A stretch of DNA of 64,000 nt from Lytechinus pictus. Its lineage: Eukaryota. Positions within the stretch are counted from its first letter, which is position 1, and each line of letters opens with the position of its first letter. The DNA is taken from contig NC_087246.1 in the NCBI RefSeq assembly GCF_037042905.1, positions 31,434,001 through 31,498,000 of the forward strand, in the 5' to 3' direction. Below are positions 12,345 to 24,683 of the stretch, piece by piece. Made by a program: the position numbers and the translations under genes. The notes under the pieces are model-generated. The model searched no databases. It was not told where the DNA came from and saw nothing but the letters and a program-made list of their open reading frames with translations.

Positions 12345-14042
12345 GTTGCGTCCTTGAAGCATTGATCTGTTGCGTTAAATAGACGAATCAAACATGCAAA
12401 ATGACAAAAAGCAGGCAAACATGTAAGAATGTGGGTTGAATCAAGGAGAGATATCTCCTTGGTGGAATTATACTTATCTGCCTGATTTACCGTACATAAC
12501 ACACCCATTATCCCATCTGACCGGCAGCCCACCCTCAGTTATTTTAAAGAAATGTAAGCCCAGATCAATATTCTAATTGCCTCGTACCCAAGATGGCCAG
12601 ACACACAGAGTGAGATCAATGGGAAGTAATGATCTGGATAAGGAATAACAAATGTTTGTTATTAACATACAATCTCGAGTGAAATTTATTGTTGAGTTAA
12701 TTTGTGCAAGCAATTACACCGGACATCAAGAAATAGCCACAGAATATTGCAAAATTAGCCCTGCTCCATGTAAAGCAAACTTGAAGTGGCCAAACAGGAG
12801 TCGTTTACCAAAGGAGAAATTGTAATTCTCTTTTCGATACATCATTTCAAATAAAGTACTTGTTATTCAAATAAATTGAATACTACATCTGTATAGACTG
12901 TGGGCTTACAAGATCAGCAGTCTTAATTGTCCATGCCTATGAAGTTGTGGGTTCCATATTATACACTTTTTAAAATTAAAAGTCAACTTGACGATGTCAC
13001 ATGAAATAGGACAGAACACTGCACATGGCTTGGTCTTCCACTATCTTTGAAGTTTAGGTACCATTGAAATGATTAAAAACTTGTCATGGTAGTCGGATCG
13101 GGAGCCGTTCTCATGCTGTCTGGGTCTGGATGTATGTAGGCCTATAAAATAAATCATCTGATCTTCATGAGATGCGTCCTTATCACATCTCTGTTGACAA
13201 GTCAACTTGCACTTGCAATGAAAAGTTTTGCAAGAGTTGACATGGTGGTGTATTTTGTATCGGTTTCTCTGATAGGATGTAAAGCCCAAAGTCACCATAG
13301 TGCATATACCGAGTTGGAATATGGCTGTGCATGCAGACTGAGCTATCAATCAATCATTTCCATTCAGTCATCACTTCATGCAATGCCTGAACATAAGGAG
13401 CTTTGTGGTTTCATTACACACACAGTCAATGACCCCTGTATGAAAGGAAGAAAAAAAACTTGGCCAACAGGCAACGCACCGTCATGAATACACAGAACTG
13501 CAAGCATGGGACAACATTAAGCATGTACTGTGGAAATGGTGCTGATTTAGGCAATTAATTCAGTATTAAACTGTACCAAATGATTGCTATTACTACCCAT
13601 CATTTCAATCTAACATACTATAACACATATAGAAACAACCTCACAAACTATCTTCACCTTTCCCAGAACTCTTCAATTGATCCTGAGCCAGATGATTAGG
13701 AGGGAATAATGAGTTTGAGGTTTGCTGTGCAGATTAGTGAGTAATCTCTTTCATCAGGTAAAACACACAAAAGAGAATACATACAATAGAAAAGGGAGGA
13801 GAAGGGAGGTATAATACTCTTTGTGGTTTATATCAATGCTACAAAGATTTAAGTTTTTCTTTGCCATTTTGGGTTATCTTTAGATATACCAATATGAAAA
13901 CCTGTACTAGGCCTCTGCACTTCATCCACCCCTTGTAGTCTTTACCCAAAATTTATTTTGGGTAAAAGATGGTTAATTATTGAAAAGCAATTGCATTTTC
14001 TCTTCCCCCATCCCCATGTTATCTAACAAATTATGGGACAGA

Positions 14043-14237
14043 TTAGTGGAGGTGCTGTGGCTGAGTGGTCTATGGCGCCTGGCTATACATGAAAAGTCCG
14101 GGGTTCGATCCCTGGCCCCGCGACATGTGCACGTGAGCAAGGAGTTTAATCTACAATGCTCTTTTATCCTGCTTTCAAATAAATGGAAATGCTATATGCA
14201 TTATTGGTAACTAGGTGTGCACTTACTTAAAAAAAAA
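14043..14237 (+). mobile_element. tRNA-derived SINE with poly(A) tail and 15-bp TSD
   Basis: A box TGGCTGAGTGG, B box GGTTCGATCCC, A-tail; TSD AAATTATGGGACAGA at 14028-14042 and 14238-14252. Confidence 0.88.
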
Positions 14238-14990
14238 AAATTATGGGACAGAATGCAAGTCCACAAGTTGTTTTCTCAAAAGGAATGCAATGTACACCTG
14301 TAAGTAATGTCCATTGTATGAGAATATTAAGAATGCTCTACAATACAAATAATACCATGCCTTCATATTGGGTGACAATTTCCAGTCATTTTTTTATATC
14401 ATTATCGTGATCTAGATTAACATTCACTATTTTATGACCGATTATAACTAGATACAGTAATGATTATCCTATGGACAATGCTATGTAGATTAAAGGTTAT
14501 GGCGTGGTTCCGTGAGTGCTGATAATTAAGCCAAAAATGATGAATTAATGTGGAAATAGTCATAAGAGCCATTGTGACTGTCTGTATAAAAAAGCATAGC
14601 CAGACAGAACTGCCTAGGTTACTGGTATTCAATAAAAATAAAAACCCTAGATGAAAGATGAGGCTTGAAATTGACAACAGGGCCCTGGCACGATTATTTA
14701 AGTGGGGGTGCTGATGTGAATTTGAAAAGCAAAAAAAAAAAAAAAAAGATAGACAACTGCACAATCACTTTACTGGGCGAATAAAAGTAAGATGGGGGAA
14801 AAAGCCAGATATATAGAAGAAAGAAGAGAAAAATAAGAAGAGAAAAAAAGTTGAAGAATGGCCAGCAGAAGAAAGAAGGAGTAGGAGGAGCAGAAGACAA
14901 CGACAAAAAGAAAAGATAAAGAAGAAAAAGAAGTAGAAGAGGAATGAGAAAAAGAAGACAAACTTATTGAGCATGAAGGGAAGAGTAGCA

Positions 14991-15563
14991 CCCGGGGGGG
15001 GGGGGGCACTTCCATTGACGAGTGGATACCCTGCGCGACCATGGGATCTCGAAAAGCACCCTAAACACTTATTTTCCATATTCTGAAAATACACTCCTTA
15101 ACAAGTATTGGCGTGTGAAACCCTACCCTTAACAAGTATTGGAAACAAAACGATACTCTTGCCAAGTCGCTGAATTGACCTCCTAAACAAGTAGATACAG
15201 CAATTTTTTTTTTATGTCACGGACGTTGGTCGTCGGTTTTACCTTTACCTACATCATTGGGTTTAGTACAGTCCCACCTCCCACATCTCGTGCAAATCGT
15301 ACTCTAAACACGTAGTGTTGACTCTTGGGGCAAAAAGTACATCCTTTATAAAACATTTTAGTCTTAATGTTTTACACCCTCACAAATTTGACCCTAAACA
15401 CGTAGCTTTCCTAGCGAAATAGATACCCTTTTTTCATTATTTTAGTGTTTTTGACACCCTTATTACTTTATGTACGTAACGTGCCCTATCTTGAAAAAGA
15501 CATCCTTTTTAATTTTTTGGTCGCGCATGGTATCCACTCATCAATGTAAGTGGCCCCCCCGGG
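14991..15563. mobile_element. Non-autonomous DNA transposon with CCCGGG termini and 8-bp TSD
   Basis: TIR CCCGGG(G)nCACTTCCATTGACGAGTGGATACCCTGCGCGACCA / TGGTCGCGCATGGTATCCACTCATCAATGTAAGTGGCCCCCCCGGG; TSD GAGTAGCA (14983-14990, 15564-15571). Confidence 0.88.
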
Positions 15564-15588
15564 GAGTAGCAGTAGCATAAAATGTTTT

Positions 15589-16175
15589 AACAAGAGTGTC
15601 GCTAAGGCGAGCACATTATACGCCCGCCTGTAACGCGGAAAATGGAGTTATTGGTCAAGCAAGAAAAGTAGAAGGTGGCGACTTCACCTCTGACCTTCTG
15701 ACCTCAAAATCAATAGGCTTCCTGGGATCCATGCTAGTATAATTATAGGAGCCTAGGTTAAGTTAAACTAAAGTTATCGCGTTTACAAGGACTGCAGAAG
15801 GGCAAGATGAAGACATGTCAGTGTGACCTTGACCTTTTGACCTCAAAATCAATAGGATTCCTGGGATCCATGCTAGTATCATACAAACCAAATTATAGAA
15901 GCCTAGATTACGTTAAACTGAAGTTATCGCGTTTACAACGACTGCAGAAGGGTAAGATAAAAATATGTCACTGTGACCTTGACCTTTGACCTTTTGAACC
16001 CAAAATCAATAGGCTTCCTGGGACCCATGCTGGTATCATACTTACCAAATTATATAAGCCTAGGTTAAGTTAAACTGAAGTTATAGCGTTTACAAGGAAA
16101 AGTTAACTGACGGACAGACGGACGGACACCGAGCGTGATACCATAATACGTCCTGTCAGGACGGGCGTATATAAA
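15589..16175 (+). mobile_element. Helentron-associated (DINE-1/pearl/Tsp-type) element, family H1 copy 1
   Basis: AACAAG start; subterminal IR TATACGCCCG / CGGGCGTATA; ~150-bp internal tandem units with GACCTTTGACC; (GACG/GACA)n microsatellite; 3' hairpin then A-run; no TSD. Confidence 0.8.
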
Positions 16176-16503
16176 GGGGGAAAAAATGATATACGAAGAG
16201 GAGGATGAAGGAGAGGAAAGGTACACTGATGAACAAATGAGCAAAGTAGGTTGACAGGAAGGGGGGGGGGGCTGAATAACCAAGATCTTATACCATTACA
16301 CCTTGAGACCCTGTCATTGTAGTAAGATACTCCTTGATCTGTAAAAGAATCCCACTTTGCTTTTATTACTGACAGAGCAGAGAATATCAATATGTCAATT
16401 CCTGTGAAATGTTTTGGGCAAGCCAGAACTGAAGAGGACTGACTGCAATATGAAGCTATGATATACATATATACAACCACTATACCACATCAACCATTTA
16501 AAG

Positions 16504-16533
16504 CTCTTACCATAGAGCTATCCATGCTCTTAC
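16504..16533. mobile_element. P-superfamily-like excision footprint / micro-insertion 4 (asymmetric)
   Basis: CTCTTAC [CATAGAGCTATCCATG, 16511-16526] CTCTTAC. Confidence 0.65.
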
Positions 16534-17799
16534 CCATGGATCTACCTTGTTCAAAGAGACAAGCAGAGGAGCAGAAATGAAAAAGAGGATGCCTCTTTTA
16601 AGACTTTAGGATAAAAATATTTTAATTTGGCCTGGCCCAATATCAACTCAACAGCAAAAACTCAAAAGAGAAAAAATAAATCATCATTAGTTCCATCACA
16701 TGACAACCTTCGTACATCCATCCTCCAAAGTTCATTCAAGTTCATACAAGCTAAGCATCCATTGCTAAGATCTACGTAGCAGAAGAATAAGTGCAAATGT
16801 ACCAGATTAATTGTGTGAATAAAAAATGTTTTTAAGTTAAAATGATTTCTTTGTACTGCATGTAGATCATAAATGATGATTCAATAATTCACAAATCAGA
16901 GCTAATAGTCCCTGAAAACCTATAGGACTATATACACAAGATGATATTCCATTCTTGCTTTCTTGACAGTCAGATAAGAATCAATCACCATATTCACGCA
17001 TTATTGGAGCCAGAGGTAGGACAAATTTACTGTAACAATTAAAGCAAAAAGAAAAGTAGTCTTTACTGTGAATAAAGCACACTCTCCATACATACACCAT
17101 TATTTTTTGCGAGGAAAATCATCGTAGAAATCGTATTTGTGACGATTCAGATATTTTTCTCATCATCTGTTTAACAAACAAAGCTAAAATTGTGAGGGTG
17201 CTTTCATAAGAGCTGTATTACCAGTATCAATGAATTAATAATTACCAGTATGATGAATTCAGTCATAATGAACTCTTTTTTTCTTAGCTGTTATGAAAAG
17301 TTTAACATGCTTCATATTGGCAATCTGCGGATGAATATGGCACTATGTCTATTGGTTCAGTGCTTTGTGTAGTGCATTCTAAATGGTGTGTTACTTTATG
17401 TATGGAATTTTGATAAATACCAATACACATTGCAGACCTAAAGAACTGATTTTGAATTCAAGTAAACTTCAATAAAATAAACACTGTTTCACAAATTAGT
17501 TTACCCAATAAAATACAATGTGCATACATTCTGCTTTTCAAGCTGACAGATAGTAGGCCTATATCATAATTTTAAAATGATGGTAAACTATATATAAGCA
17601 TGTTAGATTTTCCAACACAATGTGATAAAAAAGTTCAATACAAACACCAAGAGAGGGGGGGGGTGCAGCATGCAAATAATACTGAAATGAAAAGAATCGA
17701 AAATAATAATATACCTTTAAGTGCCAATGAAAACAAAACAACAAGAAACAAAAGTCTGATCCGAGAGTTTGCTTCTCTTATAATTTAGACATTTGGATC

Positions 17800-17990
17800 A
17801 ATACTGGTTGTGTGACAGCGACGCTGGCGGTGAAAGGCGATGCCAGGCGGTGCGGCACGCTGGGGGAATAAGAGCGGTTTTTGCTCCCCGTGACAGATGA
17901 ATAACCATGAATCGCATTATGCCCTTATTACTGGGAAAACACAGACAGAGCAGAGAGGTTTTGAACGGAGGCTTCAATTATCCAAAGTAT
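17800..17990. promoter_or_regulatory. CpG-rich non-repetitive island, candidate enhancer/CNE
   Basis: GC/CpG-rich block in AT-rich DNA with two TGACAG (MEIS-type) motifs and E-box CAGATG; no TIRs or ORF seen. Confidence 0.3.
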
Positions 17991-19013
17991 GCTTGTAAAG
18001 TCGGAAGGTAACTGTTACTCTGAGATGTGTTAGGTGCATCGAATGTGGATGGGAATGGAAGGCATTGGTGAACACTTTTAGCTGAGGGGGTAGCATCGTA
18101 GGAAACACATTGAGCGCAATGGGCAATTTCACCCTCATCACAGTAAAAAATCGCCCCTCAAATTACCTGCATGCTTTGGGGTGATCATCTTTTCTTTGAT
18201 CTTCAACAAATAATATTCAAGAATATCTAAGCAATCAATTAAACGTATGGAAAAAATGCAAGAAAAGAAGCCCTTGAAATGAAAGAAATAACTTCAACCT
18301 GGGTTATCATTAAAATATGAAAGAAAAAATTCTTGTTCATACACTATTCAAACGTATGCACAACAGGATGCTCAGTGCTTGGCATGAAGAGATATATTCA
18401 TCTTGTACTCGTATCATATTGACTAATTGTTGTCTATAATTTGCACTATTAATCAGAAATCATATTTTTTATACAAAATTTCGATGTTTATCAACGATGT
18501 TTACTAAATTAGATTAAATAAAATTTGATTTGATACAAAATCAAAATGGGTGAGTGAAATATTCATTTTTTCTTAAATATAAAAAAGTATGGATGTAGGT
18601 TTATGGGAACATTTTACAGTGATCATAACAAGTAGATCCAGGATTTATGAGTTATCACAATTTAATTAAGTTAATTCTACCATTTATCAAATCATAAAGG
18701 ATGGAAGATGCTAAAGAGGGTCATGGATTCCATGAAATGATGAGGGTATCCACCTTGGTTAGCCAGGCAGCCATCTCCATCAACATGATTAATCCCCACA
18801 TCACTGGGATCAGACTAAAACCTCAACAAAATATGTCCCCGGAAGTGTGATGGTATGCAGTCGTGATGGGCATATAAAGGTTCACACTTTATTCGCAGAG
18901 GTTTGCATTGCTACCACCCCTTTCTCCCTCTTTTTTTCGCCCCCATTTCGTTTCATGACATTCTAACTCCTTGGTGCCTTCATTACCCCCCCCCTCTCTT
19001 TTGTCTCTCTATT

Positions 19014-19528
19014 ATGCTTTACACACTGTATTTTTTTTAATTAACCCCGGGAAATTGGTGGGGCTAAGGGGGGGCCTAAGGGGGGGCCTTAGCCCCCACC
19101 AATTTCCCGGGGTTAAGCTTAGCCCACTTCGTTTTCACACCACGTTTTAGCAAAGTGGGCTAACACGGTAAATAGTACGGTACTATCTGGCCCTGCAAAA
19201 AAGCAGGGTTAGCCGGCTTATTGTGGTGCTAGCACCACAATTGCGGTGCTAAGAGATGCAGTGTGAAACGAAACTGGGCTAAGGAAAAGTGGGGCTAAGC
19301 AATAGCCAATCACAGAAGTTGAAATTGCACGTTAATCACGCTCTGTATAGTAAAATCATCAATATTCATGAGCTGTGGGATAGTCCGGGGTTAAGGCGTT
19401 AACCCCGGCTAAGCAGATGGTATAGGGTTAAGAAAGACAGTGTGAATCCAAAAAAAGAAAGTATGGGGTTAACGATAGTCCGGGGTTAAGGATAGTATGG
19501 GGTTAAGGAAATGCAATGTGAAAAGCAT
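19014..19528. mobile_element. ~500-bp MITE (Harbinger-like), copy 2
   Basis: Colinear high-identity copy of 3195-3695. Confidence 0.85.
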
Positions 19529-20478
19529 ATATCTGTCTCTCTCTGGCCTGTGCTGGAGGAGATCCTTACAATCAAATCTATATATCATATTGAATTTGTT
19601 TTATATAACAAAAGACAAAATAAATCATCAGTGGTTGATGCCATTGGCTATCTCATTTGCATACCCACCAGTATGTGTATATGACCGTTTTGTGAAATAC
19701 ATGGAACTTAAAAATTACTTTAGCTTTTACTTTCTCATTTGAATTTATTTTGATGAAACTTTTGGTTTTATACTTGCCTAATTTTCTCAAAATGTTCAAA
19801 TCAAATTACTTGCAGTGTGGAATTGGCCTGATATGAGGATGGTATATTTGTTACAAACAAGAATAGGTAACATCTTCCTCTGGTCCTGGACCAACCCCCC
19901 CCCCCCCCCCCTCTTGGCCACCAATGCCTGTCAATCATTACATCCTCCTATTGGGGTTAGTCATTATATCTCCTCAATAAACAGGATTATTGAACCCTTT
20001 CAGTATTTACAATCAGCCACAAGAAAGAGATCACACTTAAAATCCTTTTGTGAGCTTAAAGTCCTTTTGTTCAGAGTTTCCAGATTCTCATGTACAGTAT
20101 AAGGTCACTAAGGCCCAAGTTCATCCCAATAACATAATTTCAAGAGAATTTTTTTTTTTTTTAAACCTATAACACTGGAATTTCATCTACACTGGATGTA
20201 AAGAGAGAAAATACTGACAACTTGTAATTTCTCGTAATTTCACCAGATAGTTATGTTTAACATGAGTTATAATGCAAATGGGAGAGCTGATGATATTCTA
20301 TTCAAATCCAATTTTTTATTGGGGTGGACTTGGCATTTTAGCCAAAGCAAATTCCCAGCTGGTCTAAATTGAAAGTTCTGAGTTGAACCTTGATCAAGTA
20401 GTGTGATTAATTCTGAACACATTTATAATGTGGCCAAAAAAAAGAGAGCCAAGGGAGTAAATTAGAGAGTCAAAAGGG

Positions 20479-20517
20479 GCCTAAGCTTTCGATCCTAGCA
20501 GAATCTTCGTCGGAGGC
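20479..20517 (-). ncRNA. Minimal hammerhead-ribozyme-like motif (Penelope-type), probably degenerate
   Basis: Minus strand GCCT-CCGACGA-A-GATTCT(GCT)AGGATC-GAAAGCTT-AGGC: stem I GCCT/AGGC, core CCGACGA (one change from CTGANGA), 6-bp stem II, GAAA overlapping palindromic AAGCTT. Confidence 0.45.
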
Positions 20518-23500
20518 ATTATAATGTGTGTAAAACATGAGTAAGATATAAATAATCATTTTTTGTAAGTTTCTACAGTATAAACAAACAAAATTAATAT
20601 TTAGACTTACTTATCTAGGACTTAATTTTATCCTAAGTAAGATTTTTTGTTTAATTTTAACTTTATTCTATTTCTACTTTTTTTTTATTGAAGTTTCTTT
20701 ACTTTTGTTTACATGTTTAAATATTCCCTCTTGATCTATAGTACAAAGTTATGTATTTTGTCAATATCATTTTCATTTAGGTTCAGATTTGGATTCAATA
20801 TTCATACATGTATTACAGAAGGTTTTCTTCATTGATCTTTCCATTTTCATTTGTATGTATATATCTCAATTACATTTGTTTATCACTTCACTCATACATG
20901 CCCATGCTTCAGAGGGATTGTTAATGTTCATTGCATATATCTCCCCAAGTCATTTGCTAATACATTTTTTAAGTGGTGTGATTACAAGAGCTACTGCAGT
21001 CACCCCATTCCTGAACCATTCCCATTCCAATCGTCCAAATATTATTTAGATTTCCCTCAATAACTACCTGTCCTACACTGAAACTGCCAATCTGTCAGTC
21101 AACCAATCAATCACTGTTCAACACACCATGCCTGTCTCAATTAAGTCAGTACTCTACAATGAGATTAATGACACTTAACACCTCATTGACACTTAAACAC
21201 CTACTTAACTACCTCACAATACAAACACACACTCATTCACAACACACACATGCTGCAGCCAGTGTATTCTTTGTTGTACTTGACTTAGCATTCAATACAC
21301 ACACACTCAAAACTATACACACATTTTCAAGCCCCACAGAAACTTTAGCCTATGCTCGTATACCAATGCTATTTTATTGCACAGGGGTAGGACAGGATTC
21401 ACAATAGTATTAATAGTTCAGCTAACTCACTATCTCTACTCTGTATTTGTTAATGGCTGATCAATTAAAACAAGATCTTCAGTTGCTAAGAAACTGCTGA
21501 GAAGAATTTTGAATGTTTGTTTTTACTTGGGCTGCTGCAGCCATTTTAGTGAACACTGTTGGGTGCAAACATTGTAACATTTTGTCTATAAAGGGTTTGT
21601 GTGCTCTCGTCGAAAGGCAAAATTGATTTTGAAGTTTTTAAGACAAAATATGCTAAAGTTACAACATTATCAAAATGCCTTTTCAGTGGGTAGTACCCTA
21701 TGATTTATCCATCATTACATACTAATAATTTTCATTAAATACTAATCTTGATGAATAAAAAAAATCCTCTAATTAAAATTAGATGAATCTTCCCTTCATA
21801 TATTATATTGGTAATGTAGAAATGTTTAGTTTGACATTTAACATACAATGTTAAAATGGCAAGGTGCCCCCTTCACAATATTAAAAAAATCATATTCATG
21901 GGAGAAGGCAGATTGCATAAAGAAATTTCATACTAATTGGTCACAATTACAAAATTAAATTCATATTATTTATATTCAAACGTAAAGCTACAGCTATCCT
22001 AAAAGTTATCTTTGAATATACCAACTTTCAAAGTACTTGAAACATGTAAGCTGTTTTCACACCCACTTGACAAAAATGCAACCTTTTCCCAATGTGAAAG
22101 AAAAGTATATATGTTTGTACCCAATTCCCCAAAGTATATTTACGCCTACTTGTAGTGTCCCAAAAGAAAATACCTGTAAATAGATGGGTGTAGGTATACT
22201 ATTCAAAATTATGAGAACTTTTGCAAGAACTGCTAAAAAGTTACAAAGATTTTTGATGGTGTGAAGTACATCATGATAGGCAAGAAGTATGCACATCCTT
22301 TGTGAAGAATGTATGAGTTTCATGCTGGCTAATAACTTTGTGGTTCAGTCAGGGGCAAATGCTTGAAATCAATCATCGGGGAGGCATCTCAAGCTGGTGA
22401 TTTTCACAAAAACTGTTATAAGCTACTGAAATCCTTGCATCTGATAGGCTCAGAAAAAAATTAGTCAGTGAAAACCAGAGAGAAGATGTTTCATGAAACA
22501 GTCCCCTGGTATTTTTTATGCCTGAACTAACTAAGTTCATATATTTTTGTGAATGGGCTAGTGTGAATATGTCTTCAGGAAGTCTTTGTTGATAAAGGAA
22601 AAGAAAATGAGGAAGCTCATCAAGGAAGCAATAAAGATGTCCATAGATGCCCTTTAACTATAAAGGAAGTAATTCAGTTTCATTCATAAAATCAACTTGC
22701 TCACATGCATTTTCACCATCAAATACTTATTTTAAGAAAAAACATAGGGGTTAATTTCAAAAGCTTTGAAAGAATGGTAATTATTGGGTTTTTTTAATAG
22801 AAACGCCACCTATTTCTTCAAATTGTAGTATAAGAATCAAAAGAATAAATATTCAGAAAACAATATGAAAAAAAAAAAAATTCTTCAAATTATATATGCC
22901 TACGAGTGTGGGGGGCTAGAGTGTTCAAACAATTTTTTTTATCAAAGCTGATTCTCCCTTATTTCAAGGCCACCCACCCTCTGCACAGTTTTGACCCAGG
23001 AAGCACTTCAATCAGGTCTCCTCCAAGTGAATACAATGCTTGACAAGCCGGAAAAAGCTGTTGTAGAATGCATTGAGAAATCCATCGATTTCAATCACAT
23101 TTTGATATCTGTACTTCTGTGGGATTGCCTCTCTACATGTATATATAAAACCATCTGTTTCAGCATTTCAATCATGCATCATGTAATTACCATGGGTTTA
23201 TCCAGTTAAACATATTAATTTTCAGATTATTGTTCATGCATCTTGGCTTGGTGTTTACTAACTAAAACCAATATTTCTAAAACAGCAAAAATATGCTTCA
23301 ATTTTTTATCAACATTACTATGCAAAAGAGTACTTTAATGCACTCTCCTTATCACCATCAGACAAAAAAAGTACAGGAGAACAAAAAACATTGCAGAGCT
23401 TACCAGTTACTCTTAGAAACAAAGTTTGAGGGTTATAAATAAATCAAATATTGACCTTTGATTAAAAGCACACTTGAATTTCATGTTGACTGCACCATAG

Positions 23501-23669
23501 TTTTTATGGTGGTTGAGTGTTTGAATTTGTGATTGACATAAAACTTTAAAGGGTCACTCTTTTCATTATATATATTTTTTTTAACTTCAAGCACGATGCT
23601 ATGGTAACTTTGCCATCCAATCATAACTACCTTGCTCAACAGCCAATCATAATTAAGATTTTCGGGGAA

Positions 23670-23955
23670 TAATAACGGTATATTTACCCAGGGTAGCCAC
23701 TTCAGTTCCGAAAACTGTTCTCCCAGTGGGCCCTGCTATTATTATTACCTGGCTATAAAGCTAGGCTACCTATTCGATGCACACAGCTTTTTGAGGAATT
23801 ACTTCCTGCCGGTACCCATTTACCTCACCTGGGTCGAGTGCAGCACACTGTGGATGAATTCCTTGCTGAAGGAAATTACGTCATGGCTGGGATTTGAACC
23901 CACGACCCTCTGCTTCAAAGTCCGGAGATTAATCCACTGGACCACAATGCTCCAC
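23670..23955 (-). mobile_element. tRNA-derived SINE
   Basis: Minus strand GTGGTCCAGTGG A box, GGTTCAAATCCC B box, CACTCGACCCAGGTGAGGTAAATGGGTACC core; homologous to 5828-6110. Confidence 0.85.
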
Positions 23956-24683
23956 GTAACCTTTATGCCATTGGCCTAGGAAAGATTTTGATGTTATCAG
24001 TATAATAAATTCAGAATAACTTTTTGAAAGGTGGAAGCTCAAAAGCTAGTGATTATCAGAGGATAAGCATCATGTAAATGCAATTGCGAGAGAAATTGGA
24101 CAATTGTTAGTTGAACTGTATTTACATGTAGTTAATTTCTTGAAAGAGAGTCCACTTGTGTTTAAATCTGTAAAAATATACCCCTTTATTTCAAATGTTC
24201 TTAGCATGCATGTAAATAAATAAAATGGATTTGCTTTCTTTTCCTTAACTCTTTTTTTCTTTCTTTTTTTCTAGTCATGCCCATGCCACAAATCAATCAA
24301 ACTTTACATGGGCATTTAATATACTTGCACTATTCAACATAATTTTCTTCTCAGCTTGGATGCTACATGTACAAAGTTCAAGATTAAAGCAAATAAACAT
24401 GAAAATATTAAATCATTAGAAAAACCTATGCAGATTTTATACAATTATATCTCCTAGATACATATGGCAGAGACACTTTGTGGTTAGTGCATACAGAGAT
24501 GAACTCATTTTTCTTTGAATAACAATAAAATTGGATAAAATTTAAAAAATACTTGTAAAAAGCAACAAAAGAATACTGTAATTTCCAATTCCTGGCGTTA
24601 AGTCTACTGCAGTTGGGGATAGTATATTCTAAATCAAGCCCTGTTTCTTACCTTAAATCGTCAGTGATTGTATATGATGGCAT

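Noticed and set aside
13041-13487. Two ~100-aa overlapping ORFs
   Set aside because: No recognisable domain or splice framework; length expected by chance
14047-14120. tRNA-like sequence (also ~6045-6105 and ~23885-23950)
   Set aside because: A and B boxes present but no intact cloverleaf; followed by SINE body and tail
14432-15094. Overlapping F/S/L-rich minus-strand ORFs
   Set aside because: Translations of a GA-rich tract and a MITE end
20789-21407. Possible Penelope GIY-YIG remnant next to the hammerhead-like motif
   Set aside because: No convincing GIY-YIG or RT motif in any frame I checked
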